From Candidatus Dormiibacterota bacterium (GTDB lineage Bacteria; Chloroflexota; Dormibacteria; Aeolococcales; Aeolococcaceae): a stretch of 64,000 nucleotides of DNA. Every line of letters begins with the position of its first letter. Position 1 is the stretch's first letter. The translations under genes were made by a program, and so were the position numbers. The stretch spans positions 140,748-204,747 of the forward strand of contig CAVPTG010000013.1 of the NCBI GenBank assembly GCA_963708605.1, written 5' to 3'. Below are positions 50,832 through 61,137 of this stretch, piece by piece. The notes beneath the pieces are model-generated. The model ran no database searches. It was not told where the DNA came from and was given only the letters and a program-made list of their open reading frames with translations.

Positions 50832-51074
50832 CTACGCCCGAATGCCCGGATCGGGGCGACCAAATGTTGTCGCCACCGCTGCGAGATCGACCTCGGCGCC
50901 CACCGGAACGCGCACCGCTTGGGGTTGCGTTGCCCTGATTGCAGCGTCGAGCGAGCCCTCCGACCAGCGCGAATCCGCTGATGCGATGACCCCGTAGTGG
51001 TACCGGCGCCCGGCCAGCCACGCCTCCCAGCTTGGGGCGGCAGTCACCGCCTCGATGCCCTCGTCGCTGAGATC
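50832..51074 (-). CDS. Small hypothetical protein (possibly the displaced C-terminus of the GT2 gene)
   Basis: ATG at 51074 overlaps the GT2 stop. Protein-like sequence ...AVTAAPSWEAWLAGRRYHYGVIASADSRWSEGSLDAAIRA... Confidence 0.3.
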   Translation of the reverse strand, partial: DLSDEGIEAVTAAPSWEAWLAGRRYHYGVIASADSRWSEGSLDAAIRATQPQAVRVPVGAEVDLAAVATTFGRPDPGIRA

Positions 51075-52071
51075 ATCCGCCCTCGTCGCGGGCTCGCCGT
51101 CGAGCGACGCAACCGTCCAGCGCGCGTCGGGCCAGCGCCGAGCCGCCGCGATGACCAGTGCATACAGGCGGCGCTGCTCGGCGGTCCCCGCAGAGTCGGG
51201 TCGCGGGCCGGTCAGGACCAGGATCCGCTCGCAGGTGAGCGCGTCGCGACCTCCGATGAGGGCGGACGGCTCGACACGCCGAACTCTCCGGCGGCCGCCG
51301 GTCGAGCACGGATCGCCAGCGAGCCCTCAGCAGGCGACGGTTGCGCTCGATGCGCGTGCCCGGCACGGTGCCGGTGCTCGAGGCACCGCGCACGTGCTCG
51401 ACGGCGGACCGCGGCTGATAGACGACCCGTCCGGGGCCGGCGGCGAGGGCGAGGCAGAGGTCGACGTCCTCGCAGTAGACGGGGGCGAACCTGGGGTCGA
51501 ATCCGCCGACCGAGATGAAAGCGGAGCGGCGGACGAGCAGGCAGGCGGCTGACGAGTAGTCGACGGTCCGGCGGAAGTTGTACTCGGGCCGGTTGGGGAT
51601 GTCGCCATCGCCGTACTGCCGGACTCGCGCTTCGCGCCAGACGATCGAACCGGCCTCCTGGAGCCGTCCATCCGGGTAGAGCAGCTTGGGTGCGACGGCG
51701 GCGATTCGCGGATCCGCGTCGGCGAGCTCAATGAGCGGCTCGAGCCAGCCGGGCCGCACCCACGCGTCGCTGTTGAGGAGCAGCAGGTAGCGGCCACGCG
51801 CCATCGCGGCCCCCTGGTTGTTGGCCGGACCGAAGCCGAGATTGCGAGGGTTGCGGAGAATCCGGGCGCCGCCGACCCGCTCGAGCTCCTCCACAGTGCC
51901 GTCTGTCGAAGCGTTGTCGACGATGACGACCTCGTAGCGCGGTTCGGTGACCTCGACGAGCAACCGGAGCGCCTCGCTGGTCAGGTCCCACCGGTTGTAG
52001 GTGAGCATCACGACGGTCACGTCGGGCCGAGTGACCTCGGGAAATCGGATCACGTTCGGCGCCGCTGCCAC
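51073..52071 (-). CDS. Family 2 glycosyltransferase
   Basis: VVMLTYNRW...VVIVDNASTDGT; DxD-like CEDVDL. The last ~60 aa are R-rich and may be out of frame. Confidence 0.8.
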   Translation of the reverse strand: MAAAPNVIRFPEVTRPDVTVVMLTYNRWDLTSEALRLLVEVTEPRYEVVIVDNASTDGTVEELERVGGARILRNPRNLGFGPANNQGAAMARGRYLLLLNSDAWVRPGWLEPLIELADADPRIAAVAPKLLYPDGRLQEAGSIVWREARVRQYGDGDIPNRPEYNFRRTVDYSSAACLLVRRSAFISVGGFDPRFAPVYCEDVDLCLALAAGPGRVVYQPRSAVEHVRGASSTGTVPGTRIERNRRLLRARWRSVLDRRPPESSACRAVRPHRRSRRAHLRADPGPDRPATRLCGDRRAAPPVCTGHRGGSALARRALDGCVARRRARDEGG

Positions 52072-53384
52072 CGCTGATACCCCTCGCGGATCGGACGTGC
52101 GATCCGATGCTCGGGGGACGCCCGGAGGTGATCGAGCTCCGCCTGCACGCGGGACAGCTCAGCCTGCAGGGCGGTCCGTTCGTCGACGAGACGTTGCTGC
52201 AGGATGGCCAGCGCCGACGCGGCAGGATCCTCCTCAAACGGAGTCGTTGCAGGCGACGCGGTGCGCGGGAGGCGCTGGGCAAGCTCGGCGAACGCGAGAT
52301 CGAGTGTCTTGATGCCCTGGTCGATCGCGGCGGGACGGGCGCCGGTGATCAGCGTCTGCAGCGCATCGGGAGCGACTGCCGTGAGCGTGGGGATGGCCGG
52401 GTCGAATCGCTCGCCGATCCCGGTGTCGACAGCCACGACGGGCACGCCGAGCGACGCGGCGAGGTGCGCGAACGCCGGAGAGGTCGCGAGGACGCCGAGC
52501 GACCCGGACATGGCGGCCGCGACGTCGTCGAGCCCGACCCAGGCGGGGAGACGATGCACGCGTTCGGCGACCAGTCCGGGTACCCGGAGCAGTGAGTCGA
52601 GCGAGGGCTGGCCGGTGGGGTTGAGGGTCGCGACGACCACCGAGAGCTTGGGGTCGCCGTGCAGGGCTGCCGCAACAGCCTCGACGAGTTGCTCGCTCGG
52701 CGGCGAGGCTTCGCGCCCACCCGCCGCCTCGATGACGACCCTGCGGCCGGCAGGCAGCGCGCCACACATTCGAAGGAGGTCGGCTCGCCTGCGGAGCGCG
52801 TCTCCAGGGAACACGGCGGCGGCGAGGAGGAGCGGGTCACCCGACTGCACCGCCGTGCCGCCAAGCCGCTGCTGGGTGGCGGCATCTCTGGCCCAGACGT
52901 CCTTGCCTTCAAGGCCCGCCACATCAGCGTCACCGCCCAGCACGCCAATGGCGAACCAGATGACCGAGGGAGCGGCGCTCTGGGCGCCTCTGGCTCCGGT
53001 CAGCGCCAGCGCCGCGACGCCTCGGCCGGCCATCTCCTCGATCGCGGTCGGATACCGTGCCGCCCACTGTTCGTCATCCCCGAGCACGTCGCCGCTGATG
53101 ACCAGCGCGTCAAGGTTCGGCGAGCCACCGAATTCAAGATCCCCGAGCGGCCGGGCGGGGCGGCCCTCGTCGCCGGGAATCGGACGCTCGGCCCCGAACG
53201 GCGCGAGCGCGACCAGCTCGATGTCCGGACGTCGCCGGGTGAGCTCGGCTTCGAGAACACGGCGCAATGCGACGTCACCGAGGTCGCCGGTATCGAATGC
53301 CCCGAAGAGTCCGACCACAGCCCGCGCAGCCGCACCGTCCACGTGATGCCTCCGTGTTGCGGGCGGATCGGGGGCGACCGTCAC
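52050..53384 (-). CDS. Polysaccharide pyruvyl transferase-like protein (tentative) with C-terminal coiled coil
   Basis: N-terminal GLFGAFDTGDLGDVALRR resembles the PS_pyruv_trans motif; weak. Confidence 0.4.
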   Translation of the reverse strand: MTVAPDPPATRRHHVDGAAARAVVGLFGAFDTGDLGDVALRRVLEAELTRRRPDIELVALAPFGAERPIPGDEGRPARPLGDLEFGGSPNLDALVISGDVLGDDEQWAARYPTAIEEMAGRGVAALALTGARGAQSAAPSVIWFAIGVLGGDADVAGLEGKDVWARDAATQQRLGGTAVQSGDPLLLAAAVFPGDALRRRADLLRMCGALPAGRRVVIEAAGGREASPPSEQLVEAVAAALHGDPKLSVVVATLNPTGQPSLDSLLRVPGLVAERVHRLPAWVGLDDVAAAMSGSLGVLATSPAFAHLAASLGVPVVAVDTGIGERFDPAIPTLTAVAPDALQTLITGARPAAIDQGIKTLDLAFAELAQRLPRTASPATTPFEEDPAASALAILQQRLVDERTALQAELSRVQAELDHLRASPEHRIARPIREGYQRWQRRRT

Positions 53385-53477
53385 GTCTCAGCAGTGGCTC
53401 AGGGAACGCGCAGCGCTGCCGGAGAGAATGACGACACAGCCCACCATAGAACAAGTCGAAAGCAAAGGAGCATCGGG

Positions 53478-54053
53478 ATGTTCGGGAATTTCTTCACCAA
53501 GAGGGTCGCGCTCAGCGCGGCGGCCTTTGCGGTCGTCGCGGTCGGCGGCATCGCAACCGTCTCCATCATCCCTGCGCTGGCGGCAGGTGTCAGCGGCGCG
53601 AACGGCTCGACGCTTGCGGCAACGCCCGCTCCGGGCAGTGCCAACACCGGCCATGCCGGCGCCAAGGCGATTGCCGCCAGGCGCATCGCGCTGGCGCTGT
53701 TCCGCGAATCGGTCAAGGAGACGGGCCTCAGCCGCACCGTGGTCCTCAAGGACCTGCTCAACGGCGAGACGCTCGCGCAGATTGACAGTTCGAAGGCACA
53801 GGCGGTCGAGAGCGCGGTGATGGCGAAGATCACGACCCGCCTCAACAAGGCGGTCACCAAGGGCAAGATCACCAAGACCCAGGAAACGGCGCTGAGCAGC
53901 GCTGCGACCGCCGGCATCGGCAAGCTGATGAACCTCAACCTCAGCACCTACATCCGCGTTCGCTTCGGCGGACTGACCAACCCCTCCGCGTCGACGCCCC
54001 CCACGTCGACCGTCTCCCCCGCCGCCGTCACCGGGTCGAACTCCGCAGTCTGA
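53478..54053 (+). CDS. Secreted hypothetical protein
   Basis: AAAGGAG RBS; signal peptide; Ala/Thr/Ser-rich. Confidence 0.5.
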   Translation: MFGNFFTKRVALSAAAFAVVAVGGIATVSIIPALAAGVSGANGSTLAATPAPGSANTGHAGAKAIAARRIALALFRESVKETGLSRTVVLKDLLNGETLAQIDSSKAQAVESAVMAKITTRLNKAVTKGKITKTQETALSSAATAGIGKLMNLNLSTYIRVRFGGLTNPSASTPPTSTVSPAAVTGSNSAV

Positions 54054-54103
54054 CCCGACGGCGGACCGGCAGTCTGCCCGGCCACCCCGGGTAGACTGCC
54101 TCG

Positions 54104-54580
54104 ATGCCCAAGAAATACACCGCCGCCGAGCAGGTCATCGATCCTGCAAAGCGCTACACCGCCACCATCACCACCGATCGCGGTGACATCGTCATCGCCC
54201 TGGACCCGGCGCGCGCGCCCAAGTCGGTCAACAACTTCGTCTTCCTGGCCCGCGACGGCTTCTACGACGGCCTCACCTTCCACCGCATCGTCGACGACTT
54301 CGTCATCCAGGGCGGATGCCCGGAAGGCACCGGTCGCGGTGGCCCGGGATACCGGTTCGACGATGAGCCCGTTCAGGGCGAGTACACGCCAGGAGCGGTC
54401 GCGATGGCCAACTCCGGCCCCAACACCAACGGTTCGCAGTTCTTCATCTGCACGGTTGATGACCGCCACAAGCTCACCAAGTCCTACAACCTCTTTGGCC
54501 AGGTGGTCAAAGGCATGGACGTCGTGGGAGCGATCCGCAAGGACGACGTGATGCGATCGGTCACCATCGCCGAGGAGTGA
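54104..54580 (+). CDS. ppiB: Peptidyl-prolyl cis-trans isomerase (cyclophilin type)
   Basis: FHRIVDDFVIQGG...NSGPNTNGSQFFI. Confidence 0.9.
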   Translation: MPKKYTAAEQVIDPAKRYTATITTDRGDIVIALDPARAPKSVNNFVFLARDGFYDGLTFHRIVDDFVIQGGCPEGTGRGGPGYRFDDEPVQGEYTPGAVAMANSGPNTNGSQFFICTVDDRHKLTKSYNLFGQVVKGMDVVGAIRKDDVMRSVTIAEE

Positions 54581-55440
54581 TGGCAGACGCAGAACTTCGT
54601 CTGATGGCGGTGCACGCGCACTGCGACGACGAGACCATCACGATGGGTGGCACGCTGGCCACCTATGCCGACCGCGGCGTGAAGACCTGCGTGGTGTGCT
54701 GCACCGACGGCAAACTCGCCACCATCGTGGACCCGGACATGCCGGAGGAGACGACGCGCCCGCGCCTCGCCGAGATCCGTGAAGCCGAGTTGCGCGATGC
54801 CTGCAGAATCCTCAAAGTGGATGAGGTCGAGTTCCTGCGCTACGGCGACTCGGGCATGGCCGGCACGCCGACCAACTTCCTTCCCGACGCGTTCTGGATG
54901 GTGCCGCTCGACGAGGCAACCGGGAAGCTGGTGGCTCAGATCCGCCGCTTCCGCCCGCACGTTGTGGTCACCTATGACGGCAACGGCGGCTATGGGCATC
55001 CCGACCACATCCAGACCCACCGCGCGACCCTGCTCGCGGTTGAAGCCGCTCGCCTCAAACCCATGTACAAGGAGGCGGGCGACCCGTGGCGTGTCCAGAA
55101 GCTCTATTACACGGCGTTTCCGCGCACCGAGTACGAGCGCATCGTCGAGACCGCCAAGGCGGCCGGCATGGATCCGCCCTTTGGTGATGCGAATCCTGAC
55201 GAGATGGAGTTCCTCACACCCGACGAGGACGTGACCACCACGATTGATTGCGTCGATGTCATCGGACGCAAGCGCGACGCCCTGCGCGCGCATCGCAGCC
55301 AGATCTCGCCGGACTGGCCCCAGCTCACCCTGCCGGACGAGGTGATGAAGCAGTTCGCCGATGAGTTCTTCCAGCTGGTCATCTCGCGCAAGCCCGCGGT
55401 GCTGCCGGAGACCGACCTCTTCGCGGGAATCACCGCGTAG
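54577..55440 (+). CDS. PIG-L family deacetylase, MshB/Mca-like (mycothiol pathway)
   Basis: AHCDDE metal motif (AHPDDE-type); VVTYDGNGGYGHPDHIQTH closely resembles MshB/Mca. Confidence 0.8.
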   Translation: MMADAELRLMAVHAHCDDETITMGGTLATYADRGVKTCVVCCTDGKLATIVDPDMPEETTRPRLAEIREAELRDACRILKVDEVEFLRYGDSGMAGTPTNFLPDAFWMVPLDEATGKLVAQIRRFRPHVVVTYDGNGGYGHPDHIQTHRATLLAVEAARLKPMYKEAGDPWRVQKLYYTAFPRTEYERIVETAKAAGMDPPFGDANPDEMEFLTPDEDVTTTIDCVDVIGRKRDALRAHRSQISPDWPQLTLPDEVMKQFADEFFQLVISRKPAVLPETDLFAGITA

Positions 55441-55474
55441 TCGTCACCGCTACGTACCACGGGGACCGGCTACG

Positions 55475-55982
55475 TCACAGCGTCAGTGCGATGACGGACC
55501 CCAGGGCTGCGAGGTCGGCCTTCCGATCACTCACACCCCAGTCCGTCACGGAGCCGCTGGAATCGTTGACGATGAACGTCAAGAACGTTCCGGTGGGAAG
55601 CTTCGCTCCGGGTGGCACCGACGCGTCGAGCGCTGTGAAATGCCCCTGGAGCTGCACCAGGTACGAAGGTTCGTTCGAGTTGACCAGATCCCCGGACGCG
55701 GCGGTGACCGCCGCCTGTCGCGTCGTGAGAACTGCGTAGCCGACGGTGACGCTCGAGTTCATCCGCGCTTGCCGCCATGGTGCGGGCCAACACGGTGAGC
55801 GTGGTGACGGTGACTCCTGACGCCGGGCCCGGCGTGGATGTGGACGAGGCACCCGGCGTCGAGCCGGTGGCGATGTGGACCGACGTCTGAACCGCGGCTC
55901 CGCACGCCTCCAGCGCGATGCCTGCGCCCAAAGCCACGACCCAGGAGGGCCAAATCCCGAGCCGCTTGCTTCGAGTCGTCAT
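55475..55982 (-). pseudogene. Lipoprotein, frame discontinuity near 55850
   Basis: Lipoprotein signal (LGIWPSWVVALGAGIALEAC) lies in one frame; a beta-rich body (SSVTVGYAVLTTRQAAVTAAS...DWGVSDRKADL) lies in another. Confidence 0.45.
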
Positions 55983-56073
55983 GGTCCTTAGGCTAGCTCC
56001 ACTCGCGAGCCAGCACAACGGCGCTCGCGTGACGGCCGTCGTCCTTCCGACCTCGGGCTAGACTTCCCGGCAC

Positions 56074-56649
56074 TTGGACTTCTTCGTGTACAGCCGAGAC
56101 GCGGGCGATACCGCATATCTTCGCGACGACCAGGGGTTGCTGGAGGGACACTGGTCGTACATGGACAGGTTCGCCGAGTCGATGATCGCGCGCGGACCGA
56201 CGCTCGATACCTTCCGTGAGACCGCGACGGGCAGCCTTCACGTCCTTGCACTGCCCAGCGTCGATGCGGCGCACGAGTTCGTTTCGCTCGAGCCGAACAA
56301 CCGCGCAGGCGCCTACGCCGAGCACATGGTGTGGCGGTTCGAAAACCTGCTCGGACGCACGATGTGGGAGTTCTCGGGGCAACCGGCCGAGCCGCAGTTC
56401 CTGCTCATCGGCCGTTCGCACGTTGTCCGGCCCGTCTCGGCGGAGACCTTCCCAGCGGCGTTCCTTGAGCGGCTGGTCCTCTATGGAGCGCTCACGACAC
56501 TCGATGGCGCAGACCCGATCGGAATCGCGCTGATCCTTCAGGCGCCGGATCGCCAAGCCGTCGATGCGCTCATCGAGGATGAGCGTACAGGCCTCGGCGC
56601 GTTCTCCGACCTCGAGGTTCACAACTGGGAGTTCGGCGGCCGGCGCTAG
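56074..56649 (+). CDS. Tandem YciI-like domain protein
   Basis: Two YCII-related repeats. Confidence 0.55.
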   Translation: MDFFVYSRDAGDTAYLRDDQGLLEGHWSYMDRFAESMIARGPTLDTFRETATGSLHVLALPSVDAAHEFVSLEPNNRAGAYAEHMVWRFENLLGRTMWEFSGQPAEPQFLLIGRSHVVRPVSAETFPAAFLERLVLYGALTTLDGADPIGIALILQAPDRQAVDALIEDERTGLGAFSDLEVHNWEFGGRR

Positions 56650-56674
56650 CTCGGCACCGCCGGGAGCGGCGCGG

Positions 56675-57151
56675 ATGCTGACAGTGCTCGGCTTCGTGAC
56701 CGTCGCTCTCGCCGTCTTGGTGGCGAAGCGAGTTCTCGCGGATGGAGGATGGGTGCTGGCGCTGGCACTGGTGGTCCCGATCACCTATGCCACTTCACAC
56801 GTCACCGGCGATATCAGTTCGATTGCCAGCGTGTTTCAGGACCTTGCCATTCAACTCCTTTCGGGTTTCCTCATCGCGGCGATCGGGCCACATGACCTCA
56901 TGCTCACGTATCGCGGCACCCTCCGTGCCCGACGGCTCGTGGCGATTGCCGCGCGGCGAAAGCTCACGTCCGGTGACGGACCAGTCGACCGGGCGGCGAT
57001 GACGCTGGCATTCCTCGGAACGTGGTGGGTAATCAGCTGGTTGGTCCTTTCCACGAATGCGCTCGCCGCATTCGGTCCCGGCGTGTGCAGTCGTTACCAC
57101 GCCGTCAGCGTGCAAGGGCTGATGTACGGTCAGCTCCAGGAGTTGAGATGA
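56675..57151 (+). CDS. Hypothetical membrane protein
   Basis: Four predicted TM helices; start at the internal ATG. Confidence 0.4.
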   Translation: MLTVLGFVTVALAVLVAKRVLADGGWVLALALVVPITYATSHVTGDISSIASVFQDLAIQLLSGFLIAAIGPHDLMLTYRGTLRARRLVAIAARRKLTSGDGPVDRAAMTLAFLGTWWVISWLVLSTNALAAFGPGVCSRYHAVSVQGLMYGQLQELR

Positions 57152-57337
57152 TTGGGGCTGCCACCCCAAGTGTGGGATCACTTTGGTCGTCGGGAGCACG
57201 GGACCCCTTTCTGCGCGGTGGACTGACGCCGGTAGGGATACCGACGCGCCAGCCACCGGCGTCGCGATTTGGTGACTGTCAGGTGACACTCGGGTCCGCC
57301 GAGGCTACGGGTCTGGGGTCCCCGGCACCATCGACGG

Positions 57338-58465
57338 ATGCGCCTGCAGGGCATGGGAGGTGCGATCGAATCACACACCTCACCGAGGATTGAGTCAACA
57401 CGCGCAGTCGCGGCGTGCGGCGTCCTCGTCTATCACTTGCAAGTCACCGGCCATGGCTACGCCGGCAACTGGTCCCAACTGGCCCTCGGCACCCGTCTGC
57501 TGATGTTCGGACAGTTTGGCGTGGCGGTGTTTTTCGCATTGAGCGGATACCTCTTGTTTCGACCGTTCGTGCGTGCCGCAACCGCGGGAGGTGACGTCGA
57601 CCTCCGGCGCTACCTCCTCAGCCGCATCCTTCGGATTCTGCCGCTGTATTACGCCGCAGTCGGGCTGCTGCTCTTGATCCAACCGGGTGGGCAGCTGACG
57701 TGGGACCAAACCTGGCGCCATCTCCTGTTCGTGCAGTACCTGGACACAAAGATCCCTCTTGTGGACTTTCCACTCTGGTCGCTTGTCTGTGAGGTGGAGT
57801 TCTACGCCCTGTTGCCGCTCCTCGGCTGGGTTCTGGCTCGCCTCGCAAGCGGGTCGATGCGTCGAGCCCTTGGCGTCGTCATGCTGTTCGGTCTTGGTGC
57901 ATGGATACTCAGTGCTATCGCATCGCCACAAACTCCTTCTGTCGTCTGGATCTTCTCGCTCCCAGCCAACATCATCTACTTCGTTCCCGGCATGCTCTTG
58001 GCCACAGTCGAGAGCGCCGCTAACCGCAGGGCAGTTCCCCTGTCGAAGCCGCGTTTCTGGACCGCGTGTCTGATCGTTGCTGCCGCAGCTTCGTGGGCGC
58101 TGCTGCTCCCGAACCCCACGAGTGACGGAGTGCTGCTGGCAGCCGGTCTGACAGTCGCCGCCGTGGTCGCAAGCAACGCGGCATTCCCTGGTCGTCACTG
58201 GCGCTTCTCGCCGTTGCCAGCTCTGGGTCTACGTTCCTACAGCCTCTACGTCTGGCATCTGCCAATCGTGACTGCGCTCGCCAGCGCGGGTTGGCTGAAC
58301 GGCTCGATTTCGCATGACGCGGCGATCGCGGTGCCCCTCTGCCTTGCGGCGGCGGTGCTCAGCTACGCCGTGGTCGAAGCACCATTCATGCGACTGAGGC
58401 GCCGGTTGGTTGCACCTCGCGTCACCGGGCAGGCACTGCCACTCGGCTTGCCCTCCGCGTTGTGA
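57338..58465 (+). CDS. Acyltransferase family 3 (OafA/OpgC-like) membrane protein
   Basis: Polytopic protein with VAVFFALSGYLL motif. Confidence 0.8.
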   Translation: MRLQGMGGAIESHTSPRIESTRAVAACGVLVYHLQVTGHGYAGNWSQLALGTRLLMFGQFGVAVFFALSGYLLFRPFVRAATAGGDVDLRRYLLSRILRILPLYYAAVGLLLLIQPGGQLTWDQTWRHLLFVQYLDTKIPLVDFPLWSLVCEVEFYALLPLLGWVLARLASGSMRRALGVVMLFGLGAWILSAIASPQTPSVVWIFSLPANIIYFVPGMLLATVESAANRRAVPLSKPRFWTACLIVAAAASWALLLPNPTSDGVLLAAGLTVAAVVASNAAFPGRHWRFSPLPALGLRSYSLYVWHLPIVTALASAGWLNGSISHDAAIAVPLCLAAAVLSYAVVEAPFMRLRRRLVAPRVTGQALPLGLPSAL

Positions 58466-60183
58466 AAACGCACGGCCGGGTCGCCGACATGCGGGTCGCC
58501 GGCATCGGCCCCGCGGCGCCGAGCCGCCGCCTCGTTGCGCTGACGCTGGCGCCCCTGACGCTGCTGATGGCGGCGATCGCGGTGCCGGTTGCGCTCACCC
58601 GATGGGCACCGCACGACGATGAGGGCTTCTTCCTCTACAGCCTGCGGCTGTTCGCTCAGCACGGCGGCGTCTACAGCCATGTCATGACGCCGTACGGGCC
58701 TGCGTATCACGAGCTCATGGCCGCGCCGTTGACACTGCTGAGTATCAGCATCGACCACAACAGCGGCAGAGTGATGACCGGCATCATGACCGCGCTCATC
58801 AGCGCCGCCGCGGCAGTGGTGTGCCTGCGGCTCACCGGTCGCTTGAGCGCCGCGGTGCTGGGCCAGGTCGTGGCGCTGATCGCCGCCCTGCCGGTGACCG
58901 GCGAGCCGATGGAGCCATCGATTCTGGTGCTGCTGTTCCTCTCGCTGACCGTGCTCGCGGTCAGCGGGCCGAGCGCGGGGCCGGTGCGCCGCGGAATGCT
59001 GGTCGGTATCTGCATCGCTGTGCTGGCGCTGACCAAGATCAACATCGGCGCCTATGCCGGGGTGGCCGCGCTGGTGGCGTTGTTGGGCGTCAGCGCGAGA
59101 CCGCGCTCAGCACTCTGGGCTGTCGGTCTGGCGCTGGGCCTGGCGCCGCCGGTGATTCTGTTGGTTGCCGGCCGCGACGACCCCTCAGTGGTCGGGTTCG
59201 CGCTGCTGGTGATGCTGCTGGTGGCGGCGTTGCAGGTCATACCCACGTCGCGGCGCTGGCCACTGCACCGCATCGAGCCGATCGCGATGGTGGTGACCGG
59301 CGGTTGCTGTGCCGTGCTTATCGGAGCGATCGCGGTGGCGTGGGGAGAGTCGGCGCCCGCGATGATTCGTGCGACGTTCGCTGCCAACCTGACGCGGGCG
59401 AGCACGCTTGCCTTTCAGTTCACGTGGCTGCCAGTCGTGGTGTCGACGGCAGCGCTGGCGCTGCTCGTACTGGCCGCGGCACGTGCGCCGCGAGCACGGC
59501 TCGCGCTGCGCCTCGCGGGCGTGGTGATCACCGTCGTGGTGGCGTTGCTGCTGCTCCAGCCCACGCCCTTCCCCGCCAATGGCCTGGCGTTGTTGGGACT
59601 GCTGCTGGGACCGATGCTGCTGCTCCCGCGGAACGGCGAGACCACGGAGGCAGCGATGCGCGGGCGCCAACTGCTCGCCACGCTGACGGTGCTGGAGTCG
59701 CTGCAGGTTTACCCGATCGCCGGCGATCAGGTCTCGTTTGCGCTGTTTCCCGCGCTGCTGGCCGGGGTTGTGGTCGCCAGCGACCTGGCACCCGACCTGA
59801 ACGCCGCCCTCAAGGCCCGGCTGGGCCAGGGCATCACCGCGGCGGCGATGCTGCTGCTGATAGGTCCGTTCTCACTTGGCATCGCCTCGTGGCAGGCGTG
59901 GGGTCAGGCCCCGTCGCTGAAGCTCAGCGGGGCTTCGCTGATTCACCGGCCGGCGGCCGACAATCACCCGATCGAGCAGGTGGTCGCTGCGGCTCAACGC
60001 AGCGGCTGCCGATCGCTGGTCACCTACCCAGGGATGCTGAGCTTCTATCTCTGGAGCTCGCTGCCGCCGCCGGCGGATCTGGAGCTGGTCGACGGCATCT
60101 GGTGGACCCTCGACCCGTATCTCGAGCCGGCTGAGCGCGGGCTGAACTCAGCTGCACAATGCCTGCCTGATCCGCGATCCTGA
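58462..60183 (+). CDS. Polytopic membrane protein (GT-C/PMT-like glycosyltransferase fold candidate); C-terminus apparently continues in another frame to ~60306
   Basis: At least 12 TM helices. Protein-like continuation EIFWSELGLGPSDSRFTAFLENHFRQVAAYGGYQLWLRS* lies in the +1 frame after 60183. Confidence 0.5.
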   Translation: MKTHGRVADMRVAGIGPAAPSRRLVALTLAPLTLLMAAIAVPVALTRWAPHDDEGFFLYSLRLFAQHGGVYSHVMTPYGPAYHELMAAPLTLLSISIDHNSGRVMTGIMTALISAAAAVVCLRLTGRLSAAVLGQVVALIAALPVTGEPMEPSILVLLFLSLTVLAVSGPSAGPVRRGMLVGICIAVLALTKINIGAYAGVAALVALLGVSARPRSALWAVGLALGLAPPVILLVAGRDDPSVVGFALLVMLLVAALQVIPTSRRWPLHRIEPIAMVVTGGCCAVLIGAIAVAWGESAPAMIRATFAANLTRASTLAFQFTWLPVVVSTAALALLVLAAARAPRARLALRLAGVVITVVVALLLLQPTPFPANGLALLGLLLGPMLLLPRNGETTEAAMRGRQLLATLTVLESLQVYPIAGDQVSFALFPALLAGVVVASDLAPDLNAALKARLGQGITAAAMLLLIGPFSLGIASWQAWGQAPSLKLSGASLIHRPAADNHPIEQVVAAAQRSGCRSLVTYPGMLSFYLWSSLPPPADLELVDGIWWTLDPYLEPAERGLNSAAQCLPDPRS

Positions 60184-60380
60184 CAATGAGATCTTCTGGT
60201 CCGAGCTGGGGCTGGGCCCATCCGATTCCCGCTTCACCGCCTTCCTGGAGAACCACTTCCGCCAGGTGGCCGCGTACGGCGGCTATCAGTTGTGGTTGCG
60301 CTCGTGATCTGCGGCAAGCGGGTCTGGATCTTGTCGATGCACCGGGGCTGACCTCCCTCGCCATTGTTTACGATCCAGTC

Positions 60381-60590
60381 ATGCCGCTGTCAGTCGAAGT
60401 ACAGACGGTTCATCCGAGCACGTTGGCCGCGGTGCGTCCGTTCAACAGCATGAACGAGGCGTACAAAGCGATCGATCAATGGATGGCGGCGAGGGGGAGG
60501 GAGTCCGCTGGGCACTCGCGGGAGATCTACGGAGATCCGACGCCGGATCCGGCCGACGCCGAGACGACGATCATGCATCTTTTGAAGTAG
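60381..60590 (+). CDS. GyrI-like small-molecule-binding domain fragment
   Basis: C-terminal half-motif WMAARG...EIYGDPTPDPADAETTIMHLLK. Confidence 0.35.
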   Translation: MPLSVEVQTVHPSTLAAVRPFNSMNEAYKAIDQWMAARGRESAGHSREIYGDPTPDPADAETTIMHLLK

Positions 60591-60672
60591 CCTTCTGAAA
60601 CGAACTGTCGGTCGGTGATATTCCTCCCGCGGAACCTGATCCCCTCCGCCCGCACTGGATACTGGGCGTGAC

Positions 60673-61128
60673 ATGAGGCTGGTGAACACCGTCCTGCGGT
60701 ATGACTCATCAGCTCGCCCATGGCGCCGGTTGCTGGAACTCGCAGCCGACAACTTCCCTGACACACTCGCTGACCTCAGCCTGTTGCGAGGTCGTGGGGT
60801 GAAGCTCGAACTCAGCGTCAACGACGGCCGAACTGCCTATGTGGCAACGCTGGTTGGGTCAGGTGTCGAGGTCGTCGAGGCGGATCGGAGCGCACAGGGA
60901 AGAATGCCGCTGAGTGAACCGCTCGCCGCTCTGGCAGCCGACACTCAGGAGCACGAACGGGCCGAGGGCAGAAAATGGGCTCGCGACGTTGCGATCGGAG
61001 CGCTCACCCTCCGGTATGCGCGGTCGCTGTGTGAAGGGTTCGGGTTCGAGAGCTTTGACGTGGAACTGGCGCGATATCAGGCCGAGATAGCGCAGTCGAA
61101 GGCCTTGGCGAAGAAGCGACCGAAGTAG
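60673..61128 (+). CDS. Hypothetical protein
   Basis: 151-aa ORF with no recognised family. Confidence 0.35.
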   Translation: MRLVNTVLRYDSSARPWRRLLELAADNFPDTLADLSLLRGRGVKLELSVNDGRTAYVATLVGSGVEVVEADRSAQGRMPLSEPLAALAADTQEHERAEGRKWARDVAIGALTLRYARSLCEGFGFESFDVELARYQAEIAQSKALAKKRPK

Positions 61129-61137
61129 AAGTCACTC

